Positions 44,601 to 56,600 of a DNA stretch of 64,000 bases are shown here, piece by piece (positions within the stretch are counted from its first letter, which is position 1; every line of letters starts with the position of its first letter). A model generated the notes under the pieces. That model was not told the DNA's origin, searched no databases, and saw only the letters and a program-made list of their open reading frames with translations. The DNA comes from Gekko japonicus. Taxonomy: Eukaryota. Made by a program: the position numbers and the translations under genes. The stretch covers positions 3,153,731 to 3,217,730 of the forward strand of contig NW_015172553.1 in the NCBI RefSeq assembly GCF_001447785.1, read 5' to 3'.

Positions 44601-47600
44601 CCCCAGCCGTAATCAGGTTGAAAGTCGGGAACTGTGCCTTGATCATGGAGGGGAGGGGAGGGGGGGACTGCGTAAGAGGGAGTGGGACTCTCTGGCTTCC
44701 CTGGGGTTCTGTGTTCACTGCTTCTTGATTCCTTTTCTATCTACCCCATAGGAGAGGAATACTCTGAATCCCAGGCACTCATCCTTACCTTTTCCTTGAA
44801 CAACTACCTCAGCAGTGACCCCCATTTTGACATGGTGATGTTGTGGGAGAAGCGATTCCTGGAAATTTTAGGGAAATTCCAGCAGGAAAGCAGGAATATG
44901 CTGACAACTATTCCATTGCCTACATGGCTGAGGTATGGGGGGGCATTCAATCTCTTCTCTAGCCATCAAGGGCAGTTTGATCACAGTCGGACACAAAGGA
45001 GTGGGCCAATCCTTTCTCCTGCCATCGTTAGCAGGGAGCACAAACTACCTTCCTTGACCATGGGTGCTAAAGCCAGGTGGGATTTAGACTGAAGGGAACT
45101 TGTGAGGAGTTGGAGGCCAATTAGGTTGCTCCATCCTTGGAATATAATGGATCCAAATGGACTGCAGCTGCCCACTGGGAATTTCTGGCAGCCATGCCTG
45201 GTGCTCCTGCCAAAGCCTTAACTGATGTATGGAATTAAGAAATCACACAGGAGGTTGACATAACTGCTCCCTGCCTATAGAGCCCATTTCATTCCTTGCT
45301 TCAATGAGGAGCTCAGAGTGGGTTTTCTTGCAGGAGAAAGGTCCTGCTATCATTGCTCCTTGACCTCTGATCTGATTGGTGCATTCTAACCAGCTGCTGT
45401 CTTTCCCCACAAACTTCAGCGCTCCCTGGAGGATGAAATTAACCGCACCACCTGGGAAGACTTCCCTATCTTTGCTATCAGTTACTTGGTGATCTTTTTG
45501 TACATCACGCTGGCCTTGGGCGAGTACTCCAGCTGCACACATCTCCTGGTATGAAAGGCTGCTCGAGCACGGGCGGGGGCAAGGAATCAGGCAGACCAGG
45601 GTGGGGAAGCTTGTCCCTGTGGAGGTGATTTTAGCCTGCCTTCTATGGCTGTCAAGACTTAGTGGGGATGTTTTTCAACAGAGCAGAATGCGCAGATAGT
45701 ATGGAAAAAACCGTCACCCCAAAATAAATTGCTTCCAAAATAGAAGGAAGGAGAGGAAGTAAGGCAGCATACGCCAACAGAAGGCACAGTGCAAGAAGTG
45801 CATGCAGAATGCTTGCGCTTCCCTTAGGAAGAGACGGGCTTGGTTCCGGCAGCAGACACACCCTTAATTGCCCTTAACAAGGGTATCAAGAATCTGGTGT
45901 TCACCCATTCAGAATGCTGGCAGCAGATGCCTCAACCTCCTGTACTCTGTTCCATGAATTAAATATATGAAACAGGCATAGCCACATAAATGTATTTAAG
46001 TTGAATGTTTTGTGGGGATTGCAGTTTTTCATGCTTGTTTTGTTAAGGCTTGTGGGACAGCATCTTTGAGAGCTACAGAACATTAACAAGCCTAGGTCTG
46101 TGTTCCTCACAGAGTGCCCCCACCTTTGTCAGAGCCGCCACAATGGAGATGATTAAGGAGACAAAATTCCAGGAGCCTTGGTCTCCCCAAGGGCCCACAG
46201 TACTATGAGAACCACACAATTAGCTTTCCTATGATAGTTTGGTTGGCTATGGGTAGTAAGGGCCCAGAAGCCATCTTTGCCTGTTGGAACTGTGATGGTT
46301 CTTAGCAGACTTGCTCTCTCCTTAGTCATTAGCAGACATTGCCCAAATGATAGACACATGCTCTTAAAGAAATTTTCCATATTCCATAGTTTACAACTAT
46401 AGGTCTTTAGTCTTTGCACCCTTCCAGATCAAGGCAATGCAGGAGTCAAGACTAACCCCTCTTGGGACAGCTCATCACAATACCCGGTTAAAGGAGAGAG
46501 ACCCCACCCTCCTCCTTCCTGTCTATAATCACCCTACCATCCCTTAGAAACTGGCCAATCGCCATCCCTTTCCCTTCACATTGCTTTGCCCCAGTACAGC
46601 CAGCTTGGTGAAGTGGTTAAGAACAGTGGACTCTAATCTGGAGAACCGGATTTGATTCCCCTCCTCCACATGCAGCCAGCTGTGTGACCTTGGGTCAGTC
46701 ACAGTTCTCTCAGAGCTCTCTCAGCCCCACCTACCTCACAGGGTGTCTGTTGTGGGGGAAGAAAGGGAAGGCAATTGTAAGCAACTCTCAGACTCCTTCG
46801 GGTAGTGAGGAGCGGGGTATAAAAAACAACTCTTCTTCTTCTTGTACTTATCATGTTGTTCCTTTTTCAGGTGGACTCCAAGGTGACACTAGGCCTCGGT
46901 GGGATCCTGGTAGTGGTGGGGGCCGTGCTGTCTTCTTTGGGATTTTTCTCTTATGTGGGGCTGCCCTCCTCCCTCATCATTGTTGAGGTTGTTCCCTTTC
47001 TGGTCTTGGCGGTTGGTGCTGATAACATCTTCATCTTCGTGTTGGAGTACCAGGTGCGAAGAATGTCCATGAGACATGAGATCAGAGATGCAGATACTTG
47101 TGTCCCCAGGCAGCTTTTCCTTAGAGGTGTGGGTAAATGGAGGGATACCTGTGAGCAGGGGATATATTCTCACCTTACCATTTTCCTGGAGTAGCCTGGG
47201 TTTCGGACTCGACTGATACCAACCTGGAGCTATTTCTGCACCTCAAGAGGGCTGGCTGGGACCAGCCCCATAGTTAGGGAATTCTTTGGGAGGGGGCCTC
47301 GGGGCCCCCCGGCCAACTAATTAAATGAAAGTACAGTGGAGGTGGTAAGTTGGAGCACTTTGGAGGCAGCCCAGGAGGGAGGGGGCCTAGAAGAAACATT
47401 AGGGGGCCAGGCCCCATGTTAGCTACGGGCCAGGCTGGGACCATCCCCATTTGGGAACAGAGGAGGAAGCCATGCTGGGTGTGCTCTGTAGTAGGGTCTC
47501 TCCTTGTAATCTCTCTGTCCATCTTTGCAGCAATCTGAGCAGCAGCCAGGGGAGAGCAGGGAGCAACACATTGGACGAGTGTTGGGGAATGTGGCTCCCA

Positions 47601-50600
47601 GCATGTTCCTCTGCAGTCTTTCTGAAGCCATCTGCTTCTTCTTGGGTGAGTGGGTTGCTGCTTCTTCTGCCACCTCATCAGATTGAGTGCAAAACTCTAA
47701 ATAAGAAATGTTCAGGTGAATGTTCTATGAAACTGCCTGGAATATCACATCAGAGTATTGGTGTATCTAGCTCATTCTTGTCTTCTCCAGTTGTCTTCAG
47801 CTCATGACTCAGGACCCCAGGTGGGACACAGAACCTCTCATCTGCTGCATTTTAAGCCTCTATAGAACCACTATTTTTCTGCTGCTTTTTATTTATTTAT
47901 TTATTAGATTTATACCCCGCCCTCCCCAGCGGGCTCAGGGCGGCTACAACAAAGGCAATTGCCATAACAACAGTTAAAAGAACATAAAAACAATCATTAA
48001 GTAAAGTGCGGTGCTCTTGATGTTAAAATTTTCTTAAACCAAGATGAGTTCCATTCATCAACCTAACCTGACAGCATACATTCTTTGGTTAACTAGGCGT
48101 CTGCCTAGGGCCGGCTCATCTCCAGGTCTAATCCACCGTTGAAGATGGCAACTCGGTGGTGGTACAGTGACGGCGGCGGCTCCTATGCAAAGGCCTGGCG
48201 GAAGAGCTCCGTCTTGCAAGCCCTGCGGAACTGCACCAGGTCCCGCAGGGCCCGAACCTGCTCTGAGAGCTCATTCCACCAGACAGGAGCCACCACCGAA
48301 AAAGCCCCGGCCCTGGTTGCAGCCAGCTTGATGTCCTTGGGGCCGGGAACCATCAATAGGTGCTGCGACCCCGACCGTAGCGCTCTTGGGGGAACATATT
48401 GAGAAACGCGGTCCCTTAGGTACGCTGGACCCTGGCCATTTAGAAGAATCTGCACTTAGTGCACATGTATAGAGAGCAAGAAACCACCCCTTTTGCCTCT
48501 CTTTGCACATCACAATGAACCGAGGTCACTCAGTGGGAGAGAGGATTTTTCCATAGTTCCAGCACTTGGCTGCTCGCTACGGTACATATCCTGGTGTTCA
48601 GCTTGTGTTTCCTGTCTCTGATTTTTCCCCCCCATTTTCTGCCCATGGCACCAGTGACATCACCCTGGCTCCCCTCTGTCGCGTGACAGGGATGGCACAT
48701 GAAATCCTGTCAGCTGTTTGCTGTGGGTCCTGGGCCTGGAAAGGCTGGACACACTGGTCTGGTCTGCCCTGACTGAAAGTAGCTCTCCAAGGCTTGAGGC
48801 TGAGAATGGGCTTCCCCAGCACCTGCCATGTGATGCTGCCAGCCATTGAACCTGGGACCTTCTGCATGCAGAACAGGTGTTCTGGACTGAACAGCAGCCC
48901 TTCTTTATGGCTTGACTCAGGCTGGCAACAGGAGCCACAGAGAAATGGGCTGAACTGCTAGAAGGTCTCTTGGATGGTTGGCCAGCGATAGGGCTTCTGC
49001 AGATATATTGAAGAGCCGCTGCAGGGGCCCCGGTGTGGATCGAGCTTGTCGGCTGAAAAGCCCAACACAACACTGATTCAAAGAATTCTGAAGACAAGTT
49101 TTAAGTGTTTTCTCAGAATGTGAAAAGAGAGCAAGGCACTCTTGGTGGGTGCAATAACGTAATGACTGAACTATCAATTCTTGCCTGACTGGCTACTTCA
49201 TCTCTCTGTAGGTGCTTTATCAGAGATGCCGGCAATTCGGACTTTTGCCCTCAATTCTGCTATGGCCATCCTCTTTGACTTCCTGCTTCAGATGACCACG
49301 TTTGTGGCCCTGGTGTCTCTGGATGCCCGCAGGCAGAAGGTTGGGGAGCTCTCCTTTGAGAGTTATACAATCAGTGTGTGGGGTGGGGATGGTATTGTCT
49401 TGTGTTTCCTCTTTACAAAGCAGGAGGGCTCCCCAAGGCTAACTCAGTCCAGGGTGTTAATGGCCTGCAGGTGAGTAGGTCACACACCCCTGCTCCCTGC
49501 ACTGTCCCCTATAATACCACCTTTACCATGCCAGGCCTCACGTTTTGACCTGTGCTGCTGTGTTCGCCTCGAGAAACGGGGAAAGGTGAAAAAGCACAAG
49601 AACCTCCTTCGCTCTTTCACAAAGCGGTTCTATGTGCCTGTCTTGCTCAACAGCATCGTCCGAATGCTGGTGGTGAGTAGAACTGGAAGAACAGGGGGTT
49701 GCCTGGGATCAGGTGGCCCAGGACCTTGTAGGCCTGGGGAGTGTTGTGGTGGGGTGAAGAAACAGCTCCATCTCAGGAAGGGAAGCATTTTCACTGCAAC
49801 TGGTGCCTCTTTGTCTAGATGGTGCTCTTCATCTTCATGTTCTGCATGGGGATCTTCCTGATGTTCAATATCCAGGTGGGGCTGGATCAGGAGCTGTCTA
49901 TGCCAGAGGTGAGAGGCTATCTGTTTGCTGCATGGGTGGGAAACAAAGAGATTTCTCCATAAGCTGTTATAGTGATGGCAAAATGGAGCCTTCTCTCAGT
50001 ATCCTCAGGGGCTTAAGTAGTTGCCATAAATCTGCAGAAATCCTTATTTTATAGTCTTTTTTCTCTCACATATGAAGACTTGTTTCCTTTTGCTTCCCCT
50101 GTCCCATTCTTTTTAAGCTGATGTTGCCACTTGGCTCTGGCAAGGGGGCAATAGCTACCTTGCCAAGAAGTGGCAGAAAGGAGAACTATTAAAGGAGACT
50201 GGAGCATCACCTGCCATGTTCTGTGGTCCTTTTTGTCTGCAGGACTCCTACATGCTGAAGTACTTTCAGTACCTGAACCAGTATTTTATGGTTGGTGTCC
50301 CAACCTATTTTGTCACTACTGGGGGCTACAACTTCTCCTCATATGATGGAATGAATGGTGTCTGTTCCAGCACAGGATGTGACAATAACTCCATGACCCA
50401 GAAAATCCAATACGCCACACAGTTCCCCAAGGAGTAAGTTACCCTGAGCACTACCTCATGTGCAAGAATGTCTCCTGCCTGCCATATGTATTCATGCACA
50501 ACATGTATTTTTAAACAGCAAGGAGTTTCTTTTTATAGGTAGAATCTTCGATTGGGGTGTAATGAATTAAAGTTGTAAGTGTCTGTTTCTTTAAATGTTT

Positions 50601-53600
50601 GGTAAGTTGTAGAAGAGCAAGCAAGTCAAAGAGGAGGATGAGTGAGTGAGGTGATTGGTTGGTGACTGAGAGTGTATGGGCAGAGCTAAGAAGTGTGGAG
50701 AGAGAGAAGGTAGCAGTCAGTCGGTCTGCAATTCACAGTCAGTTGTGGTCAGTCAGCTGACTACAGAGTCTGAGAAGCACTCTTCTGATTAGAATCCCAT
50801 ATTAGTGCTGTGAAAAGCATTTAAGATTTTAAAAAGAAAATAGAATACTGTAGAGGACATATTAGCGACTAGTCAGAGTACATTCTGAAGAGAAAGGAAG
50901 ATTTGAGAGTGAGGAATGTTTGTGAAGTGAAAGGGAGTGATACCTCAGTCAGGAGTTATTAATATACAGTATTTTATTCACAAAAGAGATAAGTTACAAA
51001 TCATCTTGAAACCAAGACGCTTCTTGTACAAATAACGTTTTATTGTGTTTATTGTTAACCTGGAGTTCTATGCTATTAAAATATAAGAGTCTCATCCTCA
51101 GGACCACATAGTGCAATGGAGCCTTAGAGCTTGGGAACAATACTGTGGGAAAGGTTAATTAATAATATTGGCATTAAATTCCTGGTGACAGTGTTACAGA
51201 CCCAGAGAGAGAAATAACAAGGAAGTTAAAGACACACCATATTTAACCACACAAATTAAAAGCGAAGTCGTGGCATGGGGTGAGAAGGGGGTGATTATAA
51301 TACAACAGCTGCAGAAACACAGATGGCATTTCATTTAGAATGTGAAGCAGCTGCAGCAATTTCTACCCCCTAGTTCCCCAACCCCCATGAGAATGGAATA
51401 CCCAGCCACAAGGAAGTGCAGAGCCAGGGCTAAGTCTCCCTTACTGACTAAAAACACCCCATGTATGGTTCTATCCACTGGCTATTCCAAAATTTCACAA
51501 AGCAAAATCTAGAATTCAAAATCCTACCTTCAAACACAAATAAAGTCAGAAAAAACGTGAGCAACAACCTCCTCCTCAACCTTTCAGTGTCTTTTGGTGT
51601 GCAAAGTTCTGACTGCCCTCCTGAAGGCATATTCTGAGGCAGTGAACCTCCGAAACCCAGTGCTAGAAGGCAACATCATTGGAGGGGTGAGGCATCCATG
51701 TTGTTTGTTGGCTCTCCAAAACACAACTGGTCAGCCGTGAAACAGGATCTTGGACAAGATGGACTATCGGTCTAATCCAGCAGGGCTCTTTTTATGTTCT
51801 TAATTATGAAGCCATGCCTTCTGAGGAAATCCCCAGAACATTGGTGTCTAAAACGTCGTGATGGAGAGGAATTTAGAGCAGGGCTTCACATTGTGCCACT
51901 TTATACTGAGTCAGGCCATTGGCCTATCAAGATCAGTTTTGTCTACTCTGACTGGTAGTGGCTCTCCGGGGTATCAATTAGAGGCCTTCATCATCTGCCT
52001 GATCCTTTTAGCTGGTGATTGAACCTGGGACCTTATGAATGCAAGGGGAAAATGTATGTGAACCTAACACACATTCTCAGAATTTCAAAGAGCTCAGAGC
52101 AAGCTCTCTGTTCTTAAAAGATCCAGCATTTAAGCCTTCTTGTATATATGTGTGTTATATACACACACACACACACACACACGTATGGGGGTAGGAAGGA
52201 GAAAGGCTGGTCCTTAGCTAACAAGAGGAAAATGTTAAAACACAATGTGTATTCAAATCAGGCTTTGAAACTTTGAAAGGAAATTTCAACTAAACAGCTG
52301 TGAAAGCTACGTATTGGCTTTGATAGGCCACCTCACATCTCTGGAGTAGATTGGTAGAAATTATTGGCATTTTCCAGCACATACATTTAGCATTCTGTTT
52401 GCATGAGGAAGGCATTTGGGTTCTCCCAACTTTCCCATCCATAAGAGAAGGACAGGAGATTTTGAGTTGCAGACAAAGTGGATCTGGGTTAGCTGATTAA
52501 CCTTTTTAAAAATACACACACACACCCAGCATGTTGCACTCCTGAAGTTCACCGAGGCATGGATGACAGTGAAAAATGTTCTCAACTTCCAGGAGCTGGA
52601 AAACTACATGGGCAATTGTCAAAGCTAGCAACAGGCAACTCTGGGCAAAGTTTCCTATAGGGGCTGTCTCTCTTCTAGTAGGTGGTAACATAGTTAATTT
52701 AAGAGTGGCCCCCAGAGAGGCTAGAAACCAAACCAGATGAGAGTCTGGAAATTCTGGAGTTCCCAGTGTTTTTAAAAATTCAATTACTGAGTATGATTAG
52801 GGAATTTAATGAAACACGGGAGGCTTTTAAGTACCCCACTCCTTTCCCCAATCTGAAATGGCCTGGGAAAGCACCACTATCTGCCCCATTGGGATATAGA
52901 GATACTTGTATTAGTCAGGAATGAGGCCATTGCAGACTGGGAAAATGACATGAGGGAAAGTCTTAACTCCCCCCTCTCCTCACACTGTGGTCCCATTCTA
53001 AATTGGGCCCCCATGTACCTGCTAATTGAAAGCACTGGGCTCTCTAATCCCAGAATTCCCTGCCTTTCATCCAGTTTGGCCCAAATGATTACATTACATT
53101 TACAGGTCCTACCTGGCCATTCCTGCCTCTTCGTGGGTAGATGACTTCATAGACTGGCTGAATCCCATGTCCAGCTGCTGCCGCATACAATCTGGCCAGT
53201 TCTGTGACTCTACAAACAGTAAGTATTTCTGCAGCAAGGAGGGCTGGGAGCAGTGTGGGAAAACATGCAGCCCAGATAGCAAAGGGATGGGGGAGAGGAA
53301 GAAGGCTGTTGGTTTTCCTCAAGGAACTGCAGATGCCTGCCTGGATCTAGGGCTTGACGTGAGAGCCACCTCCCCTTTTCCTTTGGCAGCAGACCAATAC
53401 TGCTCAAAGTGCATGAAGCTGACAACTGACACTCTCCGGCCTGACGTGGAACAATTCAACGAATTCCTGCCCTGGTTTCTCAATGACACACCTAATCTCA
53501 ATTGTCCCAAAGGGTGAGTGTTGCCAAATGGGTTAGGCCAGCAGGGCTTGGGCTGCTGTTTCCACAACTATATCCACTCCCATATATAGCTGGGACATCT

Positions 53601-56600
53601 GACAGATAATAGCCTGGTACGATACTGAGCAATCTGCTTCCGTGAGTTCTAGTGGTGTGCCTTGCTGAACATTTACTGAAATATTAACCATGATGGCCCA
53701 GAAAGCATATTTTAACATTTAGAAGGTATGAAGGTGAATCTTTCAACCATCTCTCCAAATAATGACATTTTACTAGGCAGTGGCAGCAGGGATTATCTCT
53801 AGTTCTGTGCAGAGTTGGGACCATGTGGCTGAAGCAGACACTCCAGTTTGTTTCATCAAGGGCAGTGCAAGGCAACTCTAGCCGCACACCAGACTTCTGC
53901 AGCATCTCTATGGACGGAAGTCAACCACCCTCTGTGTTGGGTATTGGCTTTTCTCTTTTGTTTGATTGTGTGGTCAGAGAACAGATGGCCATTTTAACCA
54001 CTTCCTTGTGCTGTGGCCAAAAAACAAGTTGGCTCCAGGCTAGCTGGACCTGGGTTTGGGCATGGATGGGCTGGACTGCTTGTGTGTTGCTTTCTGGGGA
54101 GGGTGCCTTTTGGCCCCTTTCTTTTTTGAAGCTGAGATTCAGTCCAGAGAATCAGGCCCCTGGTGTGAACAGCTGCTGCTTGTCAGGTGTGTTCTCCTCT
54201 AGAGGGGTTAGCATCCTAGCCATGCTCTTTATCTGCATTGTTCAATTGACAGGGCAGTTCGGTATTTATCTGTTCCTCCTTCACTCACCCTGTCCCCTTC
54301 TGTCTTTGCAGGGGCCGTGGTGCCTATGACACATCAGTACGACTGGGGCCAGATGGAGAAATCCTGGGTGAGAAGCCTCTCTTTCTCTGAGGCTGCATGG
54401 AGCAAACAATGTCCATGTGGGGATGAACAGTTGCCCCCCAAGGAGGGTCCTGGGTCTCTCGTTCTATGGGGGAGAGGGTACAGATGGGATGCAATGTCAT
54501 TTTCTTAGCATAAATTTGGAGGTGGCAAAGTCATTTCAGCTGCTCTTCCACTCTGAATGTGGAAGGGGCTTGGATGGTCAGCACTGGCCCATATAGGAAT
54601 CTCCATCTGAGATCACAGCCAGTAAAATGAGAATCTCTGGCTTCCCACAGCTTCCCGGTTCATGGCTTATCACACACCCCTCAAAAACTCGCAAGAGTAC
54701 ACAGCGGCACTCAAGGTGGCACGAGAGTTGTCAGACAACATCACAGCCAGCATGCGGAAAGTACCAGGAACGGATCCCAGTTTCCGAGTCTTCCCATACT
54801 CGTAAGACCGCATGAGCCATTATGGAAGAGGAGCTGGGGGTGTGTGTGGTGTGGTACTTGCCAGTAAACTATAATAAGGAATTGAGGTGTCTGTAAGAGC
54901 CACAGGGTTGTTGTGTCCCATGGCAGGAAGGAAACGTCAAAACCCCATATCTTGACAGGACCTGAAAGTCAGGTTCAGCTTAGTAAATGAGTGTGTGCCA
55001 TAGCCAGAGAGGAGGACAGAAAGTGTCCCACTCATTCAAGAAAGACATAATCCCAACACTTGTAATGAGTAAGTCATAAGAATATAAGAGCAACTGTGCT
55101 GGATCAGGCCAATAGTCCATCAGTTTCAGAGGCCTGTTTCACACAGTGGCTAACTAGATGCCTCTGAAAGGTCTGCAAGCATGGCATGGGAGCAAGAGTC
55201 CCTCACCCCGTTGTTGTTCTGCAACAGAGGGTTAGTGTCTCTGACCAATCAGGCTCCATTGAGTCACTGTGACAGCCACTCAAGGACTTACCTTGCCCAT
55301 GAATTTTTGTCTAACCCCTTTTTAAAGCATAACAAAGCCAACAGTGGGGGGAGAACAGATTTCTTCCCTTGGAAGGCAGGAGCAAAGTTGGTTTCTGTAC
55401 TCCAGCACTCCTTAAAGCCTCTCTTTTTGCAGGATCACCTATGTGTTTTATGAGCAGTATTTGAACATTGCCATAACAGGCTTCGTCAACTTGGTCTTCT
55501 GCCTGGTGCCCACCTTTGTTGTGTGCTGTGTCCTGTTGGGCATGGACTTGCGTTCGGGCTTCATCAACTTGCTCACCATCATCATGATTGTGGTGGACAC
55601 TGTGGGAGCCATGGCATTGTGGGGGATCTCGTACAATGCCATCTCTCTCATCAACCTAGTGACGGTAAGCTATGCCTGGCTCTACAAGAAGTAGTTTGTG
55701 GTTTGCGAAGTGAAGTTTGTGGTGGGTCAACTGACTTGAACTTCCCACAGACTTTCAAGCAGTTCCTAGAAGTTTGTGCAGGTTCCTGAATGGAGACATT
55801 TCCAGACAGACTCTGTCTGCTCAAACAAAATGTTTACCGAATTTCAAAACAGTCAGTTTCAGACTTGTCCTGTCAGTTTCAAGAGGTTTTCACACACACA
55901 CCTTTTGCCAGCATTCTTCTAGTGTTTGCAAAAAAAAAAAAAAACCCCTTACTTGGAGTGTGATTCTGTGCTAGACATCAGTCCTGCTGAGCTGGCATTA
56001 CCACCATGGCACTGGATTCTGCTGGGCACTCTTTGATTGCACTGGTACTGCTGGGCACTCTGTACATTGCACTGGTTCTGCTGGGCTTGTCAAAATGCCC
56101 CCACAACCACTTTCAGTTTCTGCTACAGAGATTCTCTGGCTTTACCTTAGTCCTGTTGGGTTTGAACTCCCACAGTCACAGTTTCTGCTGGGCACATTGC
56201 ACTAGCTCTGCTGGGCTTGCAAAAATGCCCCCCTCCCAGTTTCTACTGCAGAGATTCTCTGAGACTTTGATTCTGTTCTGCTGGGCTTCTATTGCCCTTG
56301 CAGGTTTTTGTGGGCTTTTTGCTGCTTTTGGAAACAATAGAGGATGGGGGCACCTTGGGGGGGGGGCTGTAACTCGAACCCTGTAACTCCAATCCTCATC
56401 AAACTGGGAGGGCAGGTAGAGGAGAATCAGTTGGAGATCCCCTGCACGTTTGGTGTCTCTAGCATGCTGGGGGACCATTCTACTGCAACACTACTTTCAC
56501 AGATTCATTTAGCCTCTAAAAGTTCGGGATGGTTTGTGGCTCAAAAACTGGGTATACCACAAACCACCAACCGTCACAAACTGCATTTTCCTGGTTTGTG

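Noticed and set aside
55980-56300. CRISPR-like or coding repeat array
   Set aside because: Degenerate repeats inside a vertebrate intronic transposon-like element, with no unique spacers and no cas genes.
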